Below are positions 29,690 to 38,439 of a DNA stretch of 48,816 nucleotides, one piece after another. A program made the translations under genes and the position numbers. The notes beneath the pieces were generated by a model. It saw only the letters and a list, made by a program, of their open reading frames with translations, had not been told where the DNA came from and did not search any database. Numbering within the stretch: position 1 is the stretch's first letter; each line of letters starts with the position of its first letter. Origin of the DNA: a virus; IMG/VR virus record IMGVR_UViG_3300027917_000023. One strand, given 5' to 3'.

Positions 29690-31895
29690 TCAACTTAACT
29701 TGTTCATATTTGTCTGCGATGACTGGTCTGCCACTAATTAATGCATCCCAGATAATGCCTATCGACCGTGAAATTTCGTTAGAATTCTCTCTAATTGCAG
29801 CAGTACTCATCTTGCTAAGAAACTCCCATGCCCAAGGAGCTTGCATTTGCATTCCTTCTTTGAATGTCATTCTTGTTTTATTGGCATTGATAACGGTGCT
29901 AGCCGGATAATCTTCTATTAGTATGCCATTAATAATATTCGCCCAACACTGTACAGACGATGGGTCAAACAAACTAGAAGGCGTAGGAACAATCTTTAAC
30001 AACTTAGTGGTCGGCATCGACTTCTCTAACAGAACGTTGAACTTGCCTTCGGCTATCCTATAGGTATTATTAAATTCTGCAGATTCACGATATATCGGAT
30101 CATCAATGAATAATTTATCGTTGAGCTTTGAGATTGTCCAATACAACCTGTTTGCTTCATCAGATCCGAGATCAATAACCAGGGAAGAAGCTACATAATC
30201 TATTGCACTATTGTCAGTACCTTCGCGCAACATATTGTCATTGTACTCCTTAGCTTCTTTGGCTAATTGCTCGATATCGTCAGCATCAATAATCTTTATG
30301 ATATTTAATGCTTTAATTGCATCATCAATATTCAAGCGATCAAAATCAAACGGCTTTTCAAACGAACCAAGGCTATCCATGTATTTCCCGACAGCTACTT
30401 CCATATCAACACTATCAATCCCGGCATCATCTGCCAATTCACCAACAAATTTGTCCCAATATTCATACTTTGGGCCTGCCCATTCTCTCCTCGATCTCTC
30501 TAACTTTTTCTTTTCTTTCTTCGGCTTGACGAATTTCTCATAATACTCAGGAGTCTGCTTATAAGTTTCAGCAGCTTTTTCAGATCTCTCCGACCTTCTT
30601 TGTGCAGAATATCCCTTTATGTGCCTAATTATATCCTGCCATTCATCACTACGTTGTGGTGTTGATAGCGGGATTGGGAATTTCTTGGATTCGTCATCAT
30701 CTTTTTTATCTTGCCCAGGCTTAACTTCGCCACTAAGAACCTGCATGAGCGTATACATATCTACAGCCCCGCTCCTTACTGGTTCTTCCATTGTTCTGTT
30801 TGCGTTGCCACATCTTGGGCACTCGACAACATGCCCAGAGTATGAAGATGGAAGCATCGTGACGATACCACAGTTCTTGCATGCATAATTGTGTGGTGGT
30901 AATATATCAAACGGCTCTAGCCCGATATCCTCGGCAGCTCCAGGGGTCTCAACTCTTCCAGTCACATAAAAAGCCCTATTTTCCTCTACCCATTCGTCGA
31001 AGCCCTTCCTACCACTCTGTTCTTCTCTTGCTTTGTCTTCCACACCCTTGGCGGGCCATCTTTCTAGATTGAATGGCTTCAGCGTATCCGAAGCCTTGTA
31101 TAAGACCTGCGCCAGATTCTCAAAGACTCGCCTATTATTAGTCCCAAGGGACTTGGTGGCAATTTTTATTGACCTCTTGATATCGCTGTCTTTGCTAGCA
31201 ATCTCTAACCCATATTTGTCATCTGGGCCATCAAACCCAGCTTCTGTAGGATCAACCGCTCCCTGTATCGGCGATAGATTGGCTGCTTCCAGTGTATCCC
31301 ACAACCACGTCATTACCTTCTTCCATGGAGTCTTTGCTTTTTTCTTTGTCTTAGGATCCTTATAATCCTCTACATCTATCCATTCCATACCGCTACAAAC
31401 TGGGCATATAATTTCTTCATCAACATCTTTCAGTCTTTCCGCCATATCAATGAAAAAATCTATGTCGTTTTCATACGCCTTAATACGATTCTCTCTATCA
31501 CGTACCGCAGTCTGGCTCATTTTGCCTTTAGCTATTTCTCCCTTCATGAACTCAATTCTGTCTTTGAAATAATCGATTCTAGCCATGACGGCTTTGTTTA
31601 ATTTAACCTTCTTAGCTCCGCCGCACATCTGGCAAGCTTCCCTTTGCCCACTAACCCATTTCTTCTGTGTGCCAGCCCATCCCTTTGATCCACTCTCAAG
31701 TGTGCCGTAAACATTGATATATGTTTCATATGACCTCTGCTCTTTGTCTTCTGGGACCCTAGGCTCTATAATGACGAATGACAGATCTTCAACCGATTCA
31801 TTCAATGACAGAGAAAATTGTTTCCTAATCTCTGTAATCAATTGAAGTTCTGCTTTGTTCATCAAAAGATCCCCTTGAGTGGCAGGGTCTGGCAT
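29643..31895 (-). CDS. Large hypothetical protein with two CxxC...CxxC zinc-ribbon motifs (750 aa)
   Basis: Zinc-ribbon motifs CQMCGG...CPVCSG and CKNCG...CPRCGN. No assignable function. Confidence 0.55.
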   Translation of the reverse strand: MPDPATQGDLLMNKAELQLITEIRKQFSLSLNESVEDLSFVIIEPRVPEDKEQRSYETYINVYGTLESGSKGWAGTQKKWVSGQREACQMCGGAKKVKLNKAVMARIDYFKDRIEFMKGEIAKGKMSQTAVRDRENRIKAYENDIDFFIDMAERLKDVDEEIICPVCSGMEWIDVEDYKDPKTKKKAKTPWKKVMTWLWDTLEAANLSPIQGAVDPTEAGFDGPDDKYGLEIASKDSDIKRSIKIATKSLGTNNRRVFENLAQVLYKASDTLKPFNLERWPAKGVEDKAREEQSGRKGFDEWVEENRAFYVTGRVETPGAAEDIGLEPFDILPPHNYACKNCGIVTMLPSSYSGHVVECPRCGNANRTMEEPVRSGAVDMYTLMQVLSGEVKPGQDKKDDDESKKFPIPLSTPQRSDEWQDIIRHIKGYSAQRRSERSEKAAETYKQTPEYYEKFVKPKKEKKKLERSRREWAGPKYEYWDKFVGELADDAGIDSVDMEVAVGKYMDSLGSFEKPFDFDRLNIDDAIKALNIIKIIDADDIEQLAKEAKEYNDNMLREGTDNSAIDYVASSLVIDLGSDEANRLYWTISKLNDKLFIDDPIYRESAEFNNTYRIAEGKFNVLLEKSMPTTKLLKIVPTPSSLFDPSSVQCWANIINGILIEDYPASTVINANKTRMTFKEGMQMQAPWAWEFLSKMSTAAIRENSNEISRSIGIIWDALISGRPVIADKYEQVKLIASNCGAEGLFDASV

Positions 31896-32320
31896 ATTTC
31901 CTCAAGAGTTGGTTCCCTAGTAACTTCTTCTAGTGCATCTGTGCTAGCTATATCTCTTAAGATTTGATACCAGTCTTGTACGAGCGTCGCACACGGGTTA
32001 TTGCAGGTACTTGGCGGCCCAGGTGGCCCACTAGGTAAGACAAACCAAGCCTCCCTTGGGTTAGTGGTGAACTCTATCGTCGCACCAGGGATCGCTTCCA
32101 AAGCAGCGTCAACATCAACAGCAGACGCATTACATTCCCAATTGGCGGCAAGCGTTGGGGATGTGAATGCCGATATGGGCTCGCAACCTGGCACGATCAT
32201 TTTCCAGCCGCGCAAAATTCTAAGTTTATTCTTTATCGTTATCGACATCAAAAATTCACCGCAAAAGTAAATAAAGCAAGCCCAGAAAAAGCGACCGCCC
32301 AGCCGCTCCATTAAAGCCAC
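31862..32320 (-). CDS. Hypothetical protein (152 aa)
   Basis: ORF only. Confidence 0.45.
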   Translation of the reverse strand: MALMERLGGRFFWACFIYFCGEFLMSITIKNKLRILRGWKMIVPGCEPISAFTSPTLAANWECNASAVDVDAALEAIPGATIEFTTNPREAWFVLPSGPPGPPSTCNNPCATLVQDWYQILRDIASTDALEEVTREPTLEEICQTLPLKGIF

Positions 32321-32350
32321 CCATTACCGCATGATAATTCGGCGGTGTTT

Positions 32351-33184
32351 TTAAAATAGTAGATCCAACAGATTCCATACTGTATCTTTGGAAAAATGAG
32401 CCAATCCAAGTAATACTGGTACAAAACTCCACAAGTAAACTCCCATGGGTTCCCCATGATTTATTGCTGTTTCTACGATTTTATTATACTCCTCTATGCC
32501 TTCCTTGGCCATTGACTCACCATCGAAATTAATTGCGCCACCATCTGGCCCAGGTATACTGCCAAATTTGCGCCGTGCATTCCCAAGAGCAATTTTCATT
32601 TGTGCAAGAACCGCTCTATATGTGATCTCCCTGGCTTGTGGCGACCTGAATTCCGTCACTGACGGCACGTACTCAATTATTACCGGATATGAACTCTTCG
32701 GTGTAGGGTATAACCTAATTGTATCACCACCTAATTCACCTGAGCTCTTATGATATCCCCATTGCCCTTCAGTTCCAAGAATTTTCTGGCTGAATTTCCT
32801 ATAGGCCAGAAGCAAGTGGTAGTCAGTCAACAAATTTTGAATGCCAGAGATGTTGCCGATATTAAAAAGGAAGCTCTCAGCCCCGAAAATTTCATCTATC
32901 CTCGTAGTTGCCGGATCCCAAGAAACTTTCCTAATCCAGTAAGCGTCAGAAGGAACCGGATACTCCGACACAAGAGGTGTCGTATTAAAAAATGCAAATT
33001 TCTCCTCAAGCGGGAAATATGTCGATATAAAATCGCCAGTTGACCTAAGAACTGATTCTATCTGCGGTTCTACGATTTCAACATTGATAACTGGATGCCC
33101 AAGCTGTGATAAGACGTGCATCTTTAGTGGGTTACTATCCGCTCGCATAACCACTGGCAAATCGGCTGGGCCTATTATTGCCAT
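32351..33184 (-). CDS. Hypothetical virion protein (277 aa)
   Basis: ORF only. Confidence 0.5.
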   Translation of the reverse strand: MAIIGPADLPVVMRADSNPLKMHVLSQLGHPVINVEIVEPQIESVLRSTGDFISTYFPLEEKFAFFNTTPLVSEYPVPSDAYWIRKVSWDPATTRIDEIFGAESFLFNIGNISGIQNLLTDYHLLLAYRKFSQKILGTEGQWGYHKSSGELGGDTIRLYPTPKSSYPVIIEYVPSVTEFRSPQAREITYRAVLAQMKIALGNARRKFGSIPGPDGGAINFDGESMAKEGIEEYNKIVETAINHGEPMGVYLWSFVPVLLGLAHFSKDTVWNLLDLLF

Positions 33185-33199
33185 AGTTAACCCCCCCCC

Positions 33200-33751
33200 T
33201 TATGTGTTAGGCCAGCTTCTAAATCTTCTGTTGTACTCAGCCCCATATTTCACACCGTTGTATTCGATGAAGAATACTTCTGCTATATAATCGCTGGCAG
33301 ATTCCAATGCATTCTTTAGCCAAGCTACTTCCTGGTCTATCTTCAACAAAGGTTCCTGACCCCAGCTGACAGACCCACCTGTTGGTCCTTCGGTAACCGC
33401 TGTCTTCTCGCCAGGTACGGTCCCACTGTGGATCAACCTTGGAAGAGTGGTCGGTGGTTCATTTGGAGTACGTGCCCTGCTAACATCAATAAACCCAATT
33501 ATTGTCAACCTAGCCGGACTCTGGCCAACCTGGGCCGTATACGCGACTGGCTTAGCTATATTAAAACCGGAGGCTTCGAGATCATTCTCTGCCAGCCCAG
33601 CAGTCTTGGCCAGGTCCCTCTGGTGTGTCATTCTTCTGCCATCTGTCGCTGGCACGACACCAACATATGCCCTAAATGGCACATGTTTTGTCGGCTGCCC
33701 AGCATTTATCCCAGGCGAGAATTGGTCTGAACTATAATGATTAAGTCCCAT
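33200..33751 (-). CDS. Hypothetical protein (183 aa)
   Basis: ORF only. Confidence 0.5.
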   Translation of the reverse strand: MGLNHYSSDQFSPGINAGQPTKHVPFRAYVGVVPATDGRRMTHQRDLAKTAGLAENDLEASGFNIAKPVAYTAQVGQSPARLTIIGFIDVSRARTPNEPPTTLPRLIHSGTVPGEKTAVTEGPTGGSVSWGQEPLLKIDQEVAWLKNALESASDYIAEVFFIEYNGVKYGAEYNRRFRSWPNT

Positions 33752-33793
33752 TATACCCCTCCTACGCTAAGATCCATATTATATTTGAGCAGA

Positions 33794-34543
33794 TTAACCA
33801 ATGTAGGTGTGAATGCCTATGATGAAGTCTATCGCAGATCCGGCTGTAGAGCTTTGTACGCTCACCCATAACCCGTCACTCGTGTTGCGCCTACCAAATA
33901 TGACATCCTGCGGGGATACTCTAGATGCCGTCGCAACCCTATACGGAACAGTAGTTATGACACTGGCAGAACCAGCTGTTGGCCCACACAAAAACCTAAT
34001 TAAATATGTATTGTTATTAGTTGCGACATTGCTTATGAATATTCTATGGACATCATATTTGACCTGCGGGAACGTATTTGGCGCAGCCAACTGCGTTGGA
34101 GTGCTGAATGTGTCTGCTGGAGTCCCAGATGATATAGACCATGGCGTGGTATTGTTTTCCTCAGCCAATCCGCCACCGCCAGATCCATACCACTTTTCTT
34201 CATTGTGGAAATGCTTCTCTATTTCGTGTACTTTGTATGCGAGACTATCGTCGGCACCCAACAACCCATCGACAGCTTCACTGTCTATTTTGCTTGCATC
34301 GTTCTTAATAGTCATCACCATATTCTGGTCTACATGTCTGACTTCATAATTTGATGCGGCCTCAAGCAGCAGGTATTGGGCCAGTGTTGGATAATTTGCC
34401 GTATTTGGCAGTGAACTGTCAGGTATAATCCTAAATTCCGTTGAAAAATTTAGGTGCGATGATAGTGGGTCATTGCCCGTCAATACTTGGCCAACCGCAT
34501 TCACTTTGGTTAGCTTCATATACGCTATATGCGTGTCAACCAT
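33794..34543 (-). CDS. Hypothetical protein (249 aa); first gene of the minus-strand late block
   Basis: ORF. Near-late-promoter motif TATAAAATA ~20 nt upstream on the minus strand, in the divergent region 34544-34556. Confidence 0.5.
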   Translation of the reverse strand: MVDTHIAYMKLTKVNAVGQVLTGNDPLSSHLNFSTEFRIIPDSSLPNTANYPTLAQYLLLEAASNYEVRHVDQNMVMTIKNDASKIDSEAVDGLLGADDSLAYKVHEIEKHFHNEEKWYGSGGGGLAEENNTTPWSISSGTPADTFSTPTQLAAPNTFPQVKYDVHRIFISNVATNNNTYLIRFLCGPTAGSASVITTVPYRVATASRVSPQDVIFGRRNTSDGLWVSVQSSTAGSAIDFIIGIHTYIG

Positions 34544-34556
34544 ATATTACTTTTGA

Positions 34557-35138
34557 TTGTATTTTATAGATATGTTCATAACTGCCGAAGACCACATCAA
34601 ATATCTACACGAATTGATTTCACAGCGTCCCAAAAACGTTTATATTGCCACATTCAACATATTCGCAGGGATAATGTTTGATGGTGCTGATATCAACAAT
34701 TGGGGCGCAAAATACAACAATGAAATGCATGGGGTGCTTGACAATTTGCAGGACTCCAGAGCAAACACCAGGATATTGGTTGGTATACCAGACCTAATTC
34801 CATGCAGGCCTGGCTGCGAAAGTTGCTTGGAGAAATATGTTAAATTATTGACAAGAACGTTGAAACATGCCGAAAAATGGGCATTTAATTGGAAATATGT
34901 CGAAAGATTCCACATGAAGAGTTACATTTTCGATTATGGAGACACCATTAAGGGTGTGGTTGGTGGTAGAAATTTAACGACAAGCAATTATGCTGATTTA
35001 ACCTTCAAAATAGGAGCAGACAAATGCAAAGTGATTAGACATATATTCAATAGACATTGGGATAATTCCAAGGAAATCACACAAGAAAACATCAATAATA
35101 CTATTCTTGAACAAATGGATTACTTGAACAAAGAGTGA
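34557..35138 (+). CDS. Phospholipase D-family (single HKD) nuclease, Nuc-like
   Basis: 193-aa ORF with 'HMKSYIFDYGDTIKGVVGGRNLTTSN', matching the HxKxxxxD...GxxN signature of the PLD/Nuc endonuclease family. Confidence 0.55.
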   Translation: MYFIDMFITAEDHIKYLHELISQRPKNVYIATFNIFAGIMFDGADINNWGAKYNNEMHGVLDNLQDSRANTRILVGIPDLIPCRPGCESCLEKYVKLLTRTLKHAEKWAFNWKYVERFHMKSYIFDYGDTIKGVVGGRNLTTSNYADLTFKIGADKCKVIRHIFNRHWDNSKEITQENINNTILEQMDYLNKE

Positions 35139-35350
35139 TGGTTTTAGCGACAGTAGCAATCAAGGCAGTGGCAGTCACAGCAGCAATAGCCATTGGATAT
35201 CTGATTTTCTATGCAACTATAGAAAATTGTTTGAGCAAATGGGGCAGAACAGAGTTTGACCGAGATTTTGGCGCTTTTATGACAATTGTAGCATTTGCTG
35301 TGCTTGTTGGCGACCTAGTCTGCCTCATAATCTGGCTGGTCGAGACATGA
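35135..35350 (+). CDS. Small two-TM membrane protein (paralog A)
   Basis: 71-aa ORF MMVLATVAIKAVAVTAAIAIGYLIF...LIIWLV. Resembles ORF 38647. Confidence 0.5.
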   Translation: MMVLATVAIKAVAVTAAIAIGYLIFYATIENCLSKWGRTEFDRDFGAFMTIVAFAVLVGDLVCLIIWLVET

Positions 35351-35365
35351 TAGGAAATATACGAC

Positions 35366-35908
35366 ATGTATGGAATACGTATAGAATACGACATGTATGA
35401 TATGTGGGCAATAACGTCCGAACTACGAGCAAAAGACCCAATAAAGATCGTCACTGTAAAAGAAATATTTGGGCCGTTAGCTCAGCGATTCGTTGACCAG
35501 ATTGGTGGGCGTACTAGAATGGGATGGGTGCTGCAAGATAACACAGGTGATGCTGTCAAATTAAGTCGCAAATTCGGGATTGAAGAGTGTAAGTTGTGTG
35601 TAGAAAGCAGGTTGACCGGCTGGCATGTACTTGGTGACACCAAAGAATCGTTAGATATCACGGTTGTGGTCGAAGCAAGCCCAAAAGTGCTAAGCAACCC
35701 TGACCGTAAAAGCGTATGGATTAGAATGGTAGTCGTCGACGAGGCAAATGGGTATCAACGACACATATTCTATAGTGATGGGACACTTTTTTATTATTGG
35801 GGGCGCACCAATTCTATAGTGTTCACCCACGCCCTCAGGTATGGTGCAGTATTAGATTTGGAACTGGTAGCCATATTAAGAGAAAAGATGGAGTCGCATG
35901 AATTGTAA
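35366..35908 (+). CDS. Hypothetical protein (180 aa)
   Basis: ORF only. Confidence 0.5.
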   Translation: MYGIRIEYDMYDMWAITSELRAKDPIKIVTVKEIFGPLAQRFVDQIGGRTRMGWVLQDNTGDAVKLSRKFGIEECKLCVESRLTGWHVLGDTKESLDITVVVEASPKVLSNPDRKSVWIRMVVVDEANGYQRHIFYSDGTLFYYWGRTNSIVFTHALRYGAVLDLELVAILREKMESHEL

Positions 35909-36407
35909 AGAAGAAGAAGACGAGCTTGCCACAATAGTGTATGAATTCCTTATCGAAAATGGATATAAAAAGGCTCCAGGCCCGCATAAAGTAATCATCA
36001 GAGGAAGAACGTTCCACATAAGCACAAGGAAACCAGGTTGCGTTTCGTTGAGTACATGTGCGCCGTTAACGTGTAGCATAGTCTCGTGGTTGTATGAACC
36101 AAATGGGCTACAAAGGCTGCTTGACAAAGTAAAAGAGTGTGAAAACAGAAACTGTCATTCATGTGATAATTCAATATTATATAAGATGTACGCTTCATCG
36201 AGCCAGGCGATAGCCATTTTGACAGCATCTATGTCAAAATATTCAATATCTATGTCAAAATTGGCCGTAAAATCAATGTCGCTACAATCTATAGTTAAAA
36301 TATTCAAACAAAAGCAAGCCATGGACAAAGCAATGGCTGAATACTTGACAAGAAGGGCTTTGCCTGTTACCATGTTTTTCAAAGGAGGGGAAAATGGACT
36401 TTCTTGA
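35898..36407 (+). CDS. Hypothetical protein (169 aa), related to the small paralog family
   Basis: N-terminal 'IVYEFLIENGYKK' and internal 'LYEPNGLQRLLDKV' resemble the family motifs. Confidence 0.5.
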   Translation: MNCKEEEDELATIVYEFLIENGYKKAPGPHKVIIRGRTFHISTRKPGCVSLSTCAPLTCSIVSWLYEPNGLQRLLDKVKECENRNCHSCDNSILYKMYASSSQAIAILTASMSKYSISMSKLAVKSMSLQSIVKIFKQKQAMDKAMAEYLTRRALPVTMFFKGGENGLS

Positions 36408-36582
36408 TTGGATTGGGGCATTATTTGGTTCCTTCATCTTTTCAGCCATTGGATTATGTCCTGGAATGCATGATGACGACGATGAGCCCGAACGTTGTCC
36501 AGCAACTGGGTGGGTCATCACCAACACTGACGAAGATGGGAACGAATATACGATGAAAGATGGACCTGGCGGTACTAAATAA
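36394..36582 (+). CDS. Small membrane/acidic protein (62 aa)
   Basis: ORF with a hydrophobic N-terminus and a DDDDE stretch. Confidence 0.4.
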   Translation: MDFLDWIGALFGSFIFSAIGLCPGMHDDDDEPERCPATGWVITNTDEDGNEYTMKDGPGGTK

Positions 36583-36808
36583 TGCCAATGCGTTCCCGAT
36601 GTATTTAATGTGTCAGGTTCTGGTCAAATGTAAATAGGGTGGGATTTCCCACCACGTTCAGAGAGATTCTAAGAAGTGGAATTCAGACCCTTACAGCCCG
36701 AACGACTTAGGTCACGGCATTGGCTGCCAACAGGTAGCCCGTGTGTCGTGGCCGAGGTCGCGACGACCAAGATTAAAGGATATGATTCCTTTAATCAAGG
36801 CTCGGCAG

Positions 36809-36888
36809 GGCCGTAAGGGGTTAAGAACATTCTGGAAACCAATCAAGACCCCTTGCGGCCAACCGGCCTCAAGGGGTCTTGCTTTATT
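36809..36888 (+). promoter_or_regulatory. Attenuator-like element: intrinsic terminator hairpin with an overlapping, mutually exclusive upstream helix
   Basis: 36844-36855 (caagaccccttg) pairs perfectly (12 bp) with 36870-36881 (caaggggtcttg), followed by ctttatt..ttttt. But 36849-36860 (ccccttgcggcc) can instead pair 12 bp (one G-U) with 36809-36820 (ggccgtaagggg). Confidence 0.35.
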
Positions 36889-36898
36889 AGGACTTTTT

Positions 36899-36972
36899 GC
36901 GAGCATCGTTCAATGGTAGGACGTGAGACTTCCACTCTCAAAATGAGGGTTCGATCCCCTCTGCTCGCACCA
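36899..36972 (+). tRNA. tRNA-Gly (anticodon TCC)
   Basis: Acceptor gcgagca/tgctcgc. Anticodon arm tgaga-cttccac-tctca. T arm gaggg-ttcgatc-ccctc. 3' ACCA. Confidence 0.8.
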
Positions 36973-37014
36973 GGACAGACGTGGGATCTGGAGCGGTTTA
37001 GTCACCGTTAAGGA

Positions 37015-37040
37015 TACTCACGGCGGGTGAGGTGTTTTTT
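37015..37040 (+). terminator. Putative intrinsic terminator (weak stem) after tRNA-Gly
   Basis: ctcac-ggcgg-gtgag hairpin followed by gtgtttttt. Confidence 0.3.
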
Positions 37041-37187
37041 CTGTGCCTTTTGGGACCACCAGCGTTCACTCAAAAAAGGCACCGTGTTATGAAAGGACTC
37101 AGAAACGGGGACGCAAGGCGTGAGATTTGCTAGACTGGCACTTGGATCGCTGGTGCTCTCGTGGAGACCCAAGTAATAGCACGTTAT

Positions 37188-37263
37188 GGGCGTGTAGCTC
37201 AGTTGGGAGAGCGCTTGCTCGGCAGGCAAGAGGGCGTCGGTTCGATTCCGATCACGTCCACCA
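37188..37263 (+). tRNA. tRNA-Ala (anticodon GGC), with G3:U70
   Basis: Acceptor gggcgtg/cacgtcc gives G3:U70. D arm gctc-agttggga-gagc. Anticodon arm cttgc-tcggcag-gcaag (position 33 is C, unusual). T arm gtcgg-ttcgatt-ccgat. 3' ACCA. Confidence 0.75.
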
Positions 37264-37278
37264 GAAAGGAGGTGAAAG

Positions 37279-37377
37279 ATGTCAAGGAGAGCAAAGAAGG
37301 AGGAGAGGAACAGGCGTCGTAAGATGCAGAAGAAGGAAGAGGATGCTAAGAGGAAAGAGAAGAAAGCTAAAGACTGA
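37279..37377 (+). CDS. Tiny highly charged peptide (32 aa, MSRRAKKEERNRRRKMQKKEEDAKRKEKKAKD)
   Basis: Perfect SD aaaggaggtg 8 nt upstream of the ATG, wedged between two tRNAs. Confidence 0.25.
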   Translation: MSRRAKKEERNRRRKMQKKEEDAKRKEKKAKD

Positions 37378-37434
37378 GCTAGGTAGGAAGCTTTGGGCAA
37401 TCAGACAGAAAATTGCTTTAGAAAGGCATGGAAT

Positions 37435-37506
37435 GGGTCGCGCTCTGGGTAAGCGGGTCGGTCTCCAAAACCGACAGCCTGCGGGGTTCGATTCCTCGGC
37501 GGCCTG
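37435..37506 (+). other. tRNA-like element with a Trp-type (CCA) anticodon arm and canonical T arm but no convincing acceptor pairing; possible pseudo-tRNA
   Basis: D-like arm cgct-ctgggta-agcg. Anticodon arm tcggt-ctccaaa-accga. T arm cgggg-ttcgatt-cctcg. The 5' end does not pair with the 3' end. Confidence 0.25.
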
Positions 37507-37547
37507 TTAGAAATGGCTACGAATTTCTGGTGGATTCTAAAATTTAC

Positions 37548-37624
37548 GGCCCCGTAGCCAAATGGATGAAGGCACCGGATTACGAATCCGGCAATTGCAA
37601 GTTCGAATCTTGCCGGGGTCACCA
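37548..37624 (+). tRNA. tRNA-Arg (anticodon ACG)
   Basis: Acceptor ggccccg/cggggtc. Anticodon arm ccgga-ttacgaa-tccgg. T arm gcaag-ttcgaat-cttgc. 3' ACCA. Confidence 0.8.
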
Positions 37625-37758
37625 CGCTCTTGAGTGAGCGAGTTCTTTGACAATTATGGCCGTGGGTGCGCTTGCGGCAACGGGCCAAACGCGGCATGCG
37701 TGTCGTAGGCTCTGAAAGTAAGCATCCGGGCTAGGAGCAATCCTAGCCCTTATGGGGA

Positions 37759-37791
37759 CGGGCCGGGTAACTCCCGGCCCTCCCCTCCTTT
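37759..37791 (+). terminator. GC-rich hairpin (gggccggg-taact-cccggccc) followed by a C/T-rich tract; weak terminator candidate
   Basis: 8-bp GC stem, but the T-run does not start until 8 nt after the stem. A second hairpin gggctagg-agcaat-cctagccc lies at 37727-37748. Confidence 0.25.
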
Positions 37792-37817
37792 TACCTCCAA
37801 TAGATATTATCAAAGCT

Positions 37818-37893
37818 GGGGCAGTGGTGTAGTGGCTAACACACTGGCCTGTCAAGCCAGAGATCGCGGGTTCAAGTCCCGTCTGTCCCGCCA
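37818..37893 (+). tRNA. tRNA-Asp (anticodon GTC)
   Basis: Acceptor ggggcag/ctgtccc. Anticodon arm ctggc-ctgtcaa-gccag. T arm gcggg-ttcaagt-cccgt. 3' GCCA. Confidence 0.85.
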
Positions 37894-38346
37894 GGCCCAG
37901 AGATTTGGGTTCAAATCCCATGACCAGCAGGATGAGTAAGCCTGTTGTGATAGCTTAATCTGGTAAAGTGCTGGGCGTGATTACGAAGCCAGAAAATACT
38001 GGCACAATATAGAGAGAAACCGGAAGCGGGGGTTCGAATCCCTCCCATCGCAGGATGAATAAACCTGTTCGGGTGGCCTAGTCATGAGTTGGCTTGCAGA
38101 ATGAATAACTCTGCTTGGGGCTATACCTGGTGGTAGTTTAGCGGCAGAACGCCGGTTCGAAAATGAAGCCAGAGGCGCGGGTTCGATTCCCGCCTCCCCC
38201 CTCATCTAGAGGGCTAGGATGAGTAAGCCTACGCAGCGGGGAGTAGCTCAGTGGTAGAGCACTGGCTAAAAGAAAAGCCAGAGATAACCCCTGGGCAAGC
38301 AGTGGGATGAGTAAGCCCACTCAGGTAGGATTAACTCTGGCATTAA
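37894..38346 (+). repeat. Array of degenerate tRNA-like units (5' and 3' half-like pieces related to tRNA-Asp/Arg) separated by a conserved 13-nt motif GGATGAGTAAGCC (4 copies)
   Basis: Motif at 37930-37942, 38053-38065 (ggatgaataaacc), 38217-38229 and 38305-38317. Each is preceded by variable/T-arm/acceptor-3'-like sequence and followed by acceptor-5'/D-arm-like sequence (e.g. 38231-38262 cggggag-ta-gctc-agtggta-gagc-a-ctggc). No unit folds into a complete cloverleaf. Confidence 0.5.
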
Positions 38347-38421
38347 TCCGGCGTGGCCTAACGGAAAGGCGGCGAGCTGTTAACTCGTAAGATGGTGGTT
38401 CAACTCCACCCGCCGGAGCCA
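38347..38421 (+). tRNA. tRNA-Asn (anticodon GTT)
   Basis: Acceptor tccggcg/cgccgga (U1-A72). D arm gcct-aacggaa-aggc. Anticodon arm gcgag-ctgttaa-ctcgt. T arm ggtgg-ttcaact-ccacc. 3' GCCA. Confidence 0.75.
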
Positions 38422-38439
38422 ACCAGCGTGGTCCTCTAC

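Noticed and set aside
37127-37697. ORF-track ORFs over the tRNA cluster (37127..37510, 37401..37697, 40296..40658, 40852..41064, 46861..47103)
   Set aside because: They overlap canonical tRNA genes, and their translations are Arg/Gly-rich artefacts of tRNA sequence.
37930-38317. The four spaced copies of GGATGAGTAAGCC as a CRISPR array or hammerhead ribozyme core
   Set aside because: Spacing is irregular (123/164/88 nt). The repeats are 13 nt rather than 24-48. The inter-repeat sequence is tRNA-like, not spacer-like. The motif also lacks the CUGANGA hammerhead core.
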